Below, piece after piece: positions 50,869-60,229 of a DNA stretch of 64,000 nt (within the stretch, counting starts at the first letter, position 1; every line of letters starts with the position of its first letter). Location: contig CAWDXG010000001.1 in assembly GCA_963806225.1 (NCBI GenBank), positions 1,280,001 through 1,344,000 of the forward strand, in the 5' to 3' direction. Position numbers and translations under genes: made by a program. The stretch is from an uncultured delta proteobacterium. Its GTDB lineage: Bacteria > Myxococcota_A > Polyangia > Polyangiales > Polyangiaceae. The notes beneath the pieces were generated by a model, which saw nothing but the letters and a program-made list of their open reading frames with translations, had not been told where the DNA came from and ran no database searches.

Positions 50869-52818
50869 TCAGTTCGTCGACTTCCGCTGGCGGCGACGGG
50901 CGGACGCTCCCAGCACGCGCTCGTCGCCCTGGCGCCGCGTCGTGCCTTCCCGGTCCAGCTGCTCCAGTAGCGGAATGGCCTGCTTGCGCGAGACGCCCGC
51001 CAGCTCCTTGAACGCCGGCACCCCGAGCGTCGCCTGCGTCTCGAAATAGGCCGAGAGCCGGTCGCGCAGCGCTTCGAGGTGGCGCTCGGAGAACCACAGG
51101 CCAGCGAGGCGGCGGGCGCTGCCGCTCCTGGCGAGACGGCCCAGCGCTGCGCGCGTTGCCTCCGGCGGCTCGCCGTTGGTGGCGACGAGTGCCGTTTCGC
51201 TGATGCCCTGGAGCCCGGCGCCGTCGATGGCCTCGTACAGCTGGGCAGCGCTCTTCTGCGCGACCGGCGCGGAGCGCTCGGCGAATCCGGGCAGGCACCC
51301 GAGCCCTCCGTCGAGCTCGAGCAGACGCCCGCTCTCCACGGCGCGCCGCAGACAGAGCTCCGCTACTTCGCGTCCTGCGCGCCGCGCCAGCTCGGCGCGC
51401 AGGGTCTCCAGTGATTGTCCCGACTCGTGCGGCTGCGAGTCGTGGAACGACTGCACGCGAGCGAGCAGCACACCGACCAGTTCGTCCAGGGCTCCGGTCG
51501 TGGTCCACAGCGCGCCGCCGTCGAGCGCGACCGCGCCGCTCTTGTTCGCCGTGCCGCCGAGCGTGCGGGTCACGCGGCCCGGCGCAAGCCCCAGCCGGCG
51601 CTCCACATCGGCCGCGTCGATGGGACGGGGCGCGGCGATCTGCATCAGGCCGGTCAGCGCCTCGCCCACAGCGCCGCTCTGCACGGCTTCGAGCGTGCGC
51701 GCGCGGAGCTCATGAGCGCCCGCCTTGTTCCGTCGCGGCGGGCGCGGAGCCGCCGCATCCAGCACCCGGCCGCCTCCGAGCACCGCACCGTGCTCGCGCG
51801 TCGCGCGGAATCCCCGGAGCACGACGCCCACGCCGCCCTCGCAGGGCAGCGGATGGTCGAGCGCGAGATGAGCCAGCCCTTCGCCGAGTGCGGTCACGCG
51901 CCCGCCCGTCCGCGCGGTGCCGATGTACACCTGCACTGGGCTCCTGTCGCCCAGGTCGCGTTCGCAGCCGGGCAGCGCCCTGAGCGAGATGTCCAGGCTG
52001 TCTGAACGGCACAGAGCGGAGTCGGCCGTCACGACGTTGCCCCGCCCGACGCCCTTCACCTCCACGCGCGCGAGGTTCACCGCCACGCGCGTTGGCGCCG
52101 ACGCCTGTTCGACCTGGCTTCCGTGGATTTCCAGCCCGCGGACGGTGCTGGCCGTCACGCCGCGCTCGCCTGCGACGAAGAGCTCCTGTCCGGCAAGAAG
52201 CCGTCCGCGCGTCAACGTGCCGGTGACGACCGTGCCCGCACCCCGCACCGAGAACACGCGATCGACCGGAAGCCACAGGCGCGCGCTCTCCTGGTGGCGG
52301 GGGAGCGCGGAGGCGAGCTCGACGAGTGTGCTCCGGAGCTCTTCGATGCCCTGGCCGGTCCCGGCCGACGTGTGCACGATGCGCGCCGCCGGCAGCCCGA
52401 GCGCGGCGAGCGCGTCCCGCACGTCGCTCGCGGCGAGCTCCAGCATCTCGTCGTCCACCAGATCACACTTGGACAGCGCCACGATCACGCGGTCGATGCC
52501 CAGAAGCGAGCAGATGTGCAGGTGCTCGAGGGTCTGCGGCATCACGCCGTCGTCCGCAGCGACCACGAGCAGCACGGCGTCCACGCCTCCGACACCCGCA
52601 ATCATGGCGTGCACCAGCTTCCTGTGGCCGGGCACGTCGATGAAGCTGATGCCGGTGCCAGGCAGCTCGGCAAAGCCGAGCTCGATGCTGATGCCACGGC
52701 GCTTCTCGTCGGGCAGCCGGTCGGTGTCCGTGCCGGTCAGGGCGCGCATCAGTGCGGTCTTGCCGTGGTCGACGTGTCCCGCCGTCGCGATCACGACACG
52801 CTGCTCTTCCTGGGTCAC
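50869..52818 (-). CDS. selB: Selenocysteine-specific elongation factor
   Basis: TAGHVDHGKT, DRLPDEKRRGISI, DVPGH, DRVFSVRGAGTVVTGT, C-terminal winged helix SRKQAIPLLE...RRQGDER. Confidence 0.95.
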   Translation of the reverse strand: MTQEEQRVVIATAGHVDHGKTALMRALTGTDTDRLPDEKRRGISIELGFAELPGTGISFIDVPGHRKLVHAMIAGVGGVDAVLLVVAADDGVMPQTLEHLHICSLLGIDRVIVALSKCDLVDDEMLELAASDVRDALAALGLPAARIVHTSAGTGQGIEELRSTLVELASALPRHQESARLWLPVDRVFSVRGAGTVVTGTLTRGRLLAGQELFVAGERGVTASTVRGLEIHGSQVEQASAPTRVAVNLARVEVKGVGRGNVVTADSALCRSDSLDISLRALPGCERDLGDRSPVQVYIGTARTGGRVTALGEGLAHLALDHPLPCEGGVGVVLRGFRATREHGAVLGGGRVLDAAAPRPPRRNKAGAHELRARTLEAVQSGAVGEALTGLMQIAAPRPIDAADVERRLGLAPGRVTRTLGGTANKSGAVALDGGALWTTTGALDELVGVLLARVQSFHDSQPHESGQSLETLRAELARRAGREVAELCLRRAVESGRLLELDGGLGCLPGFAERSAPVAQKSAAQLYEAIDGAGLQGISETALVATNGEPPEATRAALGRLARSGSARRLAGLWFSERHLEALRDRLSAYFETQATLGVPAFKELAGVSRKQAIPLLEQLDREGTTRRQGDERVLGASARRRQRKSTN

Positions 52819-52880
52819 GCGCGGCTAACCTACCACGCCCTCGTCGATCCACACGGGTGGCCGCAGCTTCGTTGCCCGCG

Positions 52881-54005
52881 CTAGCCGCCCAGCGCCACGC
52901 CTAGCAGCGTTCCGATCCCGAAGGTAACGGCGGCGGCGCACAGCCCGATGACGAGCTGGCGCGTGCCGCTGAACAGCACGCTGCGGCCCGTGAAGAGCGT
53001 GATGGCGGCTCCGGTGCCGAACAGCGCGGCGGCGCTGAGCGCGATGCTGGCCATCACGGCCCAGTGTCGCGCCAGCACGAAATACGGAAGCACCGGCACG
53101 ATCGCCCCGAGGCAGAACAGCACGAAGGAGGTGATCGCTGCGGTGCGGGCCGAGCCGCCGAGCTCGTCGGGATCGATGCCGAGCTCCTCACGGGCCAGCG
53201 TATCGAGCGCTTGCTTGGGATCCTGCATCACGCGGCCCGCCACGGCCCTCGCCTGCTCCTCGCTCAGGCCCTTGGTCTGGTAGATGAGCACCAGCTCCTC
53301 TTTCTCCTCGTCCGGCACGGCCGAAAGCTCGCCCTTCTCGGTCGCGATCTGCTTTTCATACAGCTCGCGCGAGCTCTGCACGCTCAGCCACTCGCCCATG
53401 GCCATGGAGCACGAGCCCGCGAGCAGTCCCGCAACGCCTGTGATGAGCACCGTGCGCCCGGAGAACGCTGCGCCGGCCGCGCCCATCACCAGGCTCAGGT
53501 TCGACACCAGCCCGTCGTTGAGCCCCAGCACGGCTGCACGCAGCGCGTTGCCGCCCGTGGCCTTGTGGCGCCCCTCGAGCCGCGAAATGGTGCCGCCGGT
53601 GATGCCCGGAGCGCCGGACAGGGCGTCCAGCAGCCGCGCGTGGGACTGCTCCTCCGCGGGCATGCCCGCGCCGCGGGCATCGGCCTGTGCGTCGTAGCGG
53701 CCGCTGTCAATCTTCTCCAGCGTGCGCGCCGTGGGCAGCACCAGGTCTGGTCCGAAGCGGCGGGCCAGACGGATCAAGACACGCGTCCGGAATCCGACGC
53801 GTTGGGGCGGCAGTCTTCTGCCGCTCTTCTCGAGCTTCTGTTTCCAGAAGTCGGCGTGTGCTTCCTCCACGCCCGCGAGACGCATGTAGACCCGGGAGAG
53901 CCGCTCGTCTTTCTCGATATCGGCCAGCGCGCGGTACAGCGCGGCGCTGTCGAGCTCGCCCTGCAGGTTGTCGTGGTAGCGCTCGATGCTCTTCGGCTTG
54001 GACAT
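52881..54005 (-). CDS. VIT1/CCC1 transporter with N-terminal ferritin/rubrerythrin-like domain
   Basis: EEAHA and EEQSHA ExxH motifs; LRAAVLGLNDGLVSN, SMAMGEWLSV. Confidence 0.9.
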   Translation of the reverse strand: MSKPKSIERYHDNLQGELDSAALYRALADIEKDERLSRVYMRLAGVEEAHADFWKQKLEKSGRRLPPQRVGFRTRVLIRLARRFGPDLVLPTARTLEKIDSGRYDAQADARGAGMPAEEQSHARLLDALSGAPGITGGTISRLEGRHKATGGNALRAAVLGLNDGLVSNLSLVMGAAGAAFSGRTVLITGVAGLLAGSCSMAMGEWLSVQSSRELYEKQIATEKGELSAVPDEEKEELVLIYQTKGLSEEQARAVAGRVMQDPKQALDTLAREELGIDPDELGGSARTAAITSFVLFCLGAIVPVLPYFVLARHWAVMASIALSAAALFGTGAAITLFTGRSVLFSGTRQLVIGLCAAAVTFGIGTLLGVALGG

Positions 54006-54031
54006 CTTGCGGACCGCTCCCCCCGGTTGTG

Positions 54032-54131
54032 TGGCGGAAGCGCACGAGAATCGAACTCGCCTGGGACGGGCCGAACCCGCCCCACACCGGTTTTGAAGAC
54101 CGGGGGCTGCACCAGCATACCGAGCGCTTCC
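54032..54131 (-). tRNA. selC: tRNA-Sec (anticodon UCA), encoded CCA
   Basis: 8-bp acceptor GGAAGCGC/GCGCTTCC, anticodon arm CCGGT-CTTCAAA-ACCGG, long variable arm, 5-bp T stem with TTCGATT loop, G discriminator, CCA. Confidence 0.96.
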
Positions 54132-54181
54132 GCCCGGATATTCCCCCAGGGCGGGCCGCTTGGCCAGTCCTCCTGGCGGAT

Positions 54182-55878
54182 TCAGGCCGTTTCCGATTCC
54201 CGGAGCCCTAGCTCGTGGATCATGCGGTCGCGCATCACGAACTTCTGCATCTTGCCCGTGACGGTCATCGGGAACTCCGTCACGAAGCGGATGTAGCGCG
54301 GCACCTTGTAGTGCGCGATCTGCCCGCGGCAGAAATCGCGGACCTCGTCTTCGGTGATCTGCGCACCCTCGCGGAGCTGGATCCAGGCGCACAGCTCCTC
54401 GCCGTATTTCGGATCCGGCAGGCCGAACACCTGCACGTCCTGCACCTTCGGGTGGCGGTAGAGGAACTCCTCGATCTCCCGCGGGTAGACGTTCTCGCCG
54501 CCGCGGATCACCATGTCCTTCAGCCGCCCGACGATATTGCAGTAGCCCTGCTCGTCGAGCGTCGCGAGGTCGCCCGTGTGCATCCAGCCGGCGGCATCGA
54601 TGGCTTCGCGTGTGCGCTCCTCATCGTCCCAGTAACCGCGCATCACCGAATAGCCGCGCGTGCACAGCTCGCCGCGCTCGCCCGGCGCCACCACGTGCCC
54701 GTCGAGATCGACGACCTTGACCTCGACGTGCGGATGGATACGCCCGACCGTGGACACTCGGAGCTCGAGCGGGTCGTCGGTGCCGCTCTGGAAGCTGACG
54801 GGGCTGGTCTCGGTCATGCCGTAGGCGATCGTCACCTCGGCCATGTGCATGCGGTCGATCACCCGCTTCATCACCTCGATGGGGCAGGGCGACCCTGCCA
54901 TGATGCCGGTGCGCAGCGACGACAGGTCGTAGCGCTCGAAGTCGGGATGATCGAGCTCGGCAATGAACATGGTCGGAACGCCGTGTAGAACGGTACAGCG
55001 CTCGCGTTGCACCGTTTCCAGCACCGACAGGGGCTCGAACGCCTCGCCGGGGTAGATCATGGTCGCGCCGTGCGTGATGGCCGCCAGGTTGCCGAGCACC
55101 ATGCCGAAGCAGTGGTAGAGCGGCACCGGGATGCACAGCCGGTCGTCTTCGGCGAGCTTCATCGCTTCGCCCACGAAGAAGCCGTTGTTGACGATGTTGA
55201 AGTGCGTCAGCGTCGCGCCCTTGGGGTAGCCCGTTGTGCCGCTGGTGAACTGGATGTTGATCGGGTCGTCCGGGGCGAGCTGTGCCCGCGAGCTCTGCGA
55301 CACGGCGGCGCGTGACGTCCGTGGCGGCGGCCGCGATGTCGGCGAAACCGAGCATTCCGCGTGCAGGCTCGGCCCCGAGGTGCGCCACGGCCGAAAGTGC
55401 GGGCAGCCGCTCTGCGCGGAGCTGTCCGGGCGAAGCGCTGTCGAGCTCGGGCGCGAGCTCGCGCAGCATCGCTAGATAGTCGCTGCTCTTGAAGCGGTCG
55501 GCGGTGATCAGCGCCCGGCACCCGACCTTGGACAGCGCGTACTCGAGCTCCGAGACGCGATAGGCCGGATTGATGTTGACCAGGATCAGCCCCGCCTTGG
55601 CCGTGGCGAGCTGCGTGAGCACCCACTCGGCGCGAGTTCGGCGACCAGATGCCGACGCGATCGCCCGGCTCGAGCCCGAGGCCGAGCAGCCCCGCGGCGA
55701 CCTCGTCCACCCTGCGCGAGAGCTGGCGATAGGTCCAACGCACGTCCTGGTGGCGCACCACGAGCGCCTCGCGATCGCCGAAGCGCTCCACCGCTTCGTC
55801 GAAGGCCTGCCCCACGGTCTGGTAGCGCAGCGGCGTCGGGCTCGTTCCGCACACATAGCTCTGCTCGAGTCGCTTCAT
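54182..55878 (-). CDS. AMP-binding acyl-CoA synthetase (two frameshifts)
   Basis: [49 protein letters not shown]; indels near 55632 and 55295. Confidence 0.92.
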
Positions 55879-55969
55879 GGATACCTCCCGGCGCCGCGTT
55901 CGCGCGGCAGAGCTCAACGTGCAGTCACGCCGATGATCGGTCAACACCTGGGAAGCTGGGACATTCCGG

Positions 55970-56605
55970 CTAGCGCTGGCCCATCATCCGCTGCACGCGC
56001 GCGGCCACGTCGTCCAACCAGGCGCCCATGTCGTCGCCGCTGGCCCCGCCGCCGCGTGTTGCCGCTCCGTCGGCGATGCGTGCGATGCGCGCTGCGGTTT
56101 CGCGATCCAGCGGCGCCATCTCGCGTTCCAGCTTGGCTAGAGCCTGGTCGAGCAGCGCACGGACCGTGTGCGCCGTTTCCAGTGGGCGTTCCGCGCCCTC
56201 CGGGCTCGAAAGCAGCCCCTCGGCGAGCTCGATCGCGTCCAGAGCCGCGCGTTCATGATCTGCCGGGTCGGTGGACACCAGCGCGAGCGGCGGCGACTCC
56301 GGGCGCGGAGGAGCGGCCTTCCTGCTGTCGACCCGCATGACCAGCTCCTCGGTGCCGATGCGGATCGTGTCGCCGTCCCGAAGCTCCCGCGGGCCACGCA
56401 GCTTCTCGCCGTTGAGCCGCGTGCCGTTCATGCTGCCGAGGTCCACCAGCTCGACGGCCGTCGGTTTGAGGCGCACCACGGCGTGGATGCGCGACACCTG
56501 CGCGTGCGGCAGATAGATCGCACACTCCTCGCTGCGACCGAGCAGCGTCTCGCGACGCAGCAGGGGATGGGCGATGCCGCGGTATTCGAGCCAGTAGGCC
56601 GTCAT
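55970..56605 (-). CDS. FHA domain protein
   Basis: [35 protein letters not shown]. Confidence 0.9.
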   Translation of the reverse strand: MTAYWLEYRGIAHPLLRRETLLGRSEECAIYLPHAQVSRIHAVVRLKPTAVELVDLGSMNGTRLNGEKLRGPRELRDGDTIRIGTEELVMRVDSRKAAPPRPESPPLALVSTDPADHERAALDAIELAEGLLSSPEGAERPLETAHTVRALLDQALAKLEREMAPLDRETAARIARIADGAATRGGGASGDDMGAWLDDVAARVQRMMGQR

Positions 56606-56694
56606 GCGGATACCACCTAACGGTGACGCAACGTGACCCCACATGTAAACCACCCTCTGCGGTGGGGGTCACCGGCGCCACGGGGCGCACCGGC

Positions 56695-58446
56695 CTAGCG
56701 GCCGGCGCGACGCGTTGCGGGACGGCCGCGGCGCCGTGATGCTCTGCCGGCACGCGCCGACAGCGCGCTCTCGGCTTCAGCGACGAGCTGTCGCGCATGC
56801 TCGCGGGCGCTCTCCGTCACCCGGGCTCCGCCCAGCATGCGGGCGAGCTCTTCCACGCGCTCTTCGCCCGGGAGCCGGACCACGCGCGTGGTGGTGCGCC
56901 CGGCCTGCGTGCGCTTGTCGACGCGGTAGTGCGCGTCGGCGAAGGCCGCGATCTGCGGTAGGTGCGTGATGCACAGCACCTGGTGCTGCTGCGCGGCGTG
57001 GCCGAGCCTCAGGCCGATCGCCTGCGCCACCGCACCGCCGACCCCGGCGTCGACCTCGTCGAACACATAGGTTGCTACCCGATCGTCGGCCGACAGCACG
57101 TTCTTCAGCGCCAGCAGCACGCGCGACAGTTCGCCGCCGGAGGCGACCCGCTCGAGCGGCGCCGGCGGCTCGCCCGGGTTGGCCGAGAACAGGAACTCGA
57201 CGCGATCCAGCCCGCGCGGGCCGGGCTCGCCGTCGGGCAGCGCCTGCACGCGCGCCTCGAGCCGCGCGCCCGGCACGTGCAGTGCTTCCAGCTCCTGCTC
57301 CAGGGCCCGCGCGAGCCCGCCGGCCGCGCGCCGTCGCTTCTCGCCGAGGCCGCGTCCCAGCTCGACGCAGCTCTCGCGGAGCCCGCTTGCGCGTTGCTCG
57401 AGCTCGGCCAGGTGTTGTTCGGCGTTGTCCAGCGTGTCGAGCTCGTCCCGCATCGCGTCGAGCCGGGCGGCGAGCTCGTCGGGCTCCACGCCATGCTTGC
57501 GGCGCAGCGACTCGAGCTCGTGCATGCGCTCCTCGGCCTGCTCCAGCTCGCCGGGTTCGATCGAGAGCTCTCCGGCGAGTCCAGCGGCAAGGCGGGCGGC
57601 TTCTTCGCTGGCGATGCGCGCGGTGTCCAGCTGCTCCGCGATAGCCTGCAGACGCTCCGACTGGTCAGCCCCGCGGCGGGCACGCTCCGAGAGCACGCCC
57701 AGGCGACCGGCGATCGAGCCCTCCGCTTCGTAGAGCGCGTCCTGGGCCTCCTCGGCGAAGACCGCCCAGTGCTGCACGTCGCGCAGCAGCGCGACCCGCC
57801 GTCGGAGCAAGTCGTACTCGCCGGGCTCCGGCGCCACCCGCTCCATCTCGTCGATCTGGAAGCGCAGGTAGTCGGCGCGCTGGAGACCCTGCGCCGTGCG
57901 CGCGCCGAGCTCCTCCAGCGCCGCGACGGCGTCCCGCCATTTCCGGTACAGCTCCTCGTAGTCGGCGAGCTCGGCGTCGAGCCGCGCGTAGCCGTCGAGC
58001 AGCTCGAGATGACGCGCGACGTGCGTGAGCGAGTGGTGCTCGTGCTGGCTGCAGATGTCGATCAGGTGCTCGCCGAGCTCTCCGAGCACGCCCTGCGTGG
58101 TGAGCTGGGCCTGTGCGAAGCTGCGGCCGCGCCCCGACATCGGCACCACGCGCGAGAGCACAAGCGCCGCGGAGTCCTCGTCCGGGATCCCGCGTTCCGC
58201 GAGGACAGTCGCTACGCGCGCGGCCGTGGCGGCCCCCAGCTCGAACTGCGCGTCCACGCAGGCGGCCTCGGCGCCAGCCCGCACCAGCTCGGCACGGCCG
58301 CGCGCCCCGCGGAGCAGGGCCAACGCGTCCACGATGATCGACTTGCCGGCGCCGGTCTCGCCCGTCAGCACGTTCAGCCCGGACGACAGCTCCAGTGTCA
58401 CGTCGTCGAGCAGCGCGAGACCGCGGATGCGGAGATAGGAGAGCAT
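56695..58446 (-). CDS. recN: DNA repair protein RecN
   Basis: LTGETGAGKS, SQHEH, FSANPGE, ASGGELSR, FDEVDAGVGG, ITHLPQIAA. Confidence 0.97.
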   Translation of the reverse strand: MLSYLRIRGLALLDDVTLELSSGLNVLTGETGAGKSIIVDALALLRGARGRAELVRAGAEAACVDAQFELGAATAARVATVLAERGIPDEDSAALVLSRVVPMSGRGRSFAQAQLTTQGVLGELGEHLIDICSQHEHHSLTHVARHLELLDGYARLDAELADYEELYRKWRDAVAALEELGARTAQGLQRADYLRFQIDEMERVAPEPGEYDLLRRRVALLRDVQHWAVFAEEAQDALYEAEGSIAGRLGVLSERARRGADQSERLQAIAEQLDTARIASEEAARLAAGLAGELSIEPGELEQAEERMHELESLRRKHGVEPDELAARLDAMRDELDTLDNAEQHLAELEQRASGLRESCVELGRGLGEKRRRAAGGLARALEQELEALHVPGARLEARVQALPDGEPGPRGLDRVEFLFSANPGEPPAPLERVASGGELSRVLLALKNVLSADDRVATYVFDEVDAGVGGAVAQAIGLRLGHAAQQHQVLCITHLPQIAAFADAHYRVDKRTQAGRTTTRVVRLPGEERVEELARMLGGARVTESAREHARQLVAEAESALSARAGRASRRRGRPATRRAGR

Positions 58447-58544
58447 CTGCCGTCGTTATAGCCGGGCGCTCGCGCCCCGCCATCCCCTGAAATGACGGAA
58501 GGATGACAGCCAAGGTCAGGGGTGCTGGCTAACCTCGAGCTGCG

Positions 58545-59333
58545 ATGATCGTGCTGGTTTTCTTCGTGCTGCACTGGCAGCTGTCGGTGTTCTTCCAGAC
58601 GTTCTTCCTGCACCGCTACGGCGCCCACCGGCAGTTCAGCATGTCGAAGGGCTGGGAGCGCTTCTTCCACCTGTGTACCTATCTCTCGCAGGGCTCGAGC
58701 TTCCTCTCGCCGCGCGGCTACGCGATCCTCCACCGCATGCATCACGCCTACAGCGACACGGAGCGGGACCCGCACTCGCCGTGGAACTTCTCGAACGCGT
58801 TCAGCATGATGCTCGCGACCAAGAAGACCTATGACGACTACGCGTACCGGCGCGTCGATCCCGAGCCGCGATTCGAGGGCGGCACGCCCGAGTGGCCGCT
58901 CGTCGATCGTGTCGGCCAGAGCTGGGTCATGCGCGCTTTCTGGATTGCGGCCTACACGCTGTTCTACGTGAAGTTCGCCACGTCGCCCTGGCTGTTCGTG
59001 CTGCTCCCGATGCACTTCGTGATGGGGCCGATCCACGGCGCCATCGTCAACTGGTGCGGTCACAAGTACGGCTACCGGAACTTCGACAACGGCGACAAGT
59101 CGCTGAACACGCTGGTGTTCGACTTCGTCACGCTGGGCGAGCTGTTCCAGAACAACCACCACAAGTTCGGCATGAGCCCGAACTTCGCGGCGCGCCGTTT
59201 CGAGCTGGATCCGACCTACCAGGTGATGCGGCTGATGGCGCTCGTCGGCATCATCGACCTGCGCGGCGCGCAGCGCATGCGCTACCCCGCCGAGCGCCCA
59301 GCGCCGGCTCCGGTGACGTTGCCCTCCGCCTAG
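58545..59333 (+). CDS. Acyl-CoA (delta-9-type) fatty acid desaturase
   Basis: His boxes HRYGAH, HRMHH and QNNHH; ELDPTY. Confidence 0.9.
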   Translation: MIVLVFFVLHWQLSVFFQTFFLHRYGAHRQFSMSKGWERFFHLCTYLSQGSSFLSPRGYAILHRMHHAYSDTERDPHSPWNFSNAFSMMLATKKTYDDYAYRRVDPEPRFEGGTPEWPLVDRVGQSWVMRAFWIAAYTLFYVKFATSPWLFVLLPMHFVMGPIHGAIVNWCGHKYGYRNFDNGDKSLNTLVFDFVTLGELFQNNHHKFGMSPNFAARRFELDPTYQVMRLMALVGIIDLRGAQRMRYPAERPAPAPVTLPSA

Positions 59334-59398
59334 TCGCGGCGCGCGCGCCCTGCTCTCGCGCGATGCCTGCCGGTCGCGTCGCGCGTCCGCGAACGCGT

Positions 59399-59473
59399 TG
59401 TTCCTCCTGCGGAACAGAGAGTTGGGGATCGCGGCACTAGTCGCTAGGGGGGAACAATCCCCATGTATGGGGA
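59399..59473. promoter_or_regulatory. Two palindromes upstream of yceI, possible regulator sites
   Basis: TGTTCC-N6-GGAACA (59399-59416); TCCCCAT-GT-ATGGGGA (59458-59473). Confidence 0.4.
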
Positions 59474-59522
59474 AACGGACGGAGCGCGCGTCCGCGCCCG
59501 TCCTTTCCCGATAGGAGTTCCC

Positions 59523-60074
59523 ATGAGCAGCATTGATCTGGCCCATTCGGCCATCCAGTTCTCGGTCCGCCACATGATGTTCGCCAAGGTCCGGGGCAAG
59601 TTCGACAGCTGGAACGCGGACCTGACGCTCGATCCCCACGAGCTCGTGAAGTCGGGCGTAGAGGCGACCATCGACGCGGGCAGCATCGACACAGGCGTCG
59701 CCGACCGCGACAAGCACCTGCGCTCGGCTGACTTCCTCGACGTCGAGAAGTACCCGCAGATCCGCTTCAAGAGCACCGCCGTGGAGAAGACCGGCGGCGC
59801 CTACCGCGTGAAGGGTGATCTGACCATCCGCGACACGACCCGCCCGGTCACGCTCGAGGTCGAGACACTCGGCACCGGCAAGGACCCCTGGGGCAACCAG
59901 CGGATGGGCTTTTCCGCCAAGACCAGCATCAACCGCAAGGACTTCGGGCTCAGCTGGAACCAGGCGCTCGAAACCGGCGGCGTGCTGGTGGGTGAAGAGA
60001 TCAAGGTCGAGATCGAGACCGAGGTCGTGCTATCCGCGGCCCGGGAAAGCGACCGCCAGTCCGCCACCGCCTAG
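59523..60074 (+). CDS. yceI: YceI family polyisoprenoid-binding protein
   Basis: HSAIQFSVRHMM, SIDTGVADRDKHLRSADF, GDLTIR, DPWGNQR, INRKDFGL. Confidence 0.92.
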   Translation: MSSIDLAHSAIQFSVRHMMFAKVRGKFDSWNADLTLDPHELVKSGVEATIDAGSIDTGVADRDKHLRSADFLDVEKYPQIRFKSTAVEKTGGAYRVKGDLTIRDTTRPVTLEVETLGTGKDPWGNQRMGFSAKTSINRKDFGLSWNQALETGGVLVGEEIKVEIETEVVLSAARESDRQSATA

Positions 60075-60088
60075 TCGCCGGAGCCAGA

Positions 60089-60132
60089 AAACGTAGTAAA
60101 ATGTCACAAATATGTGGCATTTTGCTACGTTT
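60089..60132 (+). other. AT-rich 20-bp inverted repeat with 4-nt loop
   Basis: AAACGTAGTAAAATGTCACA-AATA-TGTGGCATTTTGCTACGTTT; the two mismatches are both U:G wobbles on the + strand. Confidence 0.8.
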
Positions 60133-60229
60133 CGGGCCAGGCCGTGACACAGGCCGCCAGGGACGGTAACCAAGTGGCCAACCGGCAGGTGCTCCGGGTC
60201 GGGGTGCCCTTCTGCCGGAATCCCTGGAT

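Noticed and set aside
52819..54131. Island integrated at tRNA-Sec
   Set aside because: No integrase and no duplicated tRNA 3' end seen downstream
58447..58544. SOS box upstream of recN
   Set aside because: No convincing LexA-type palindrome could be identified
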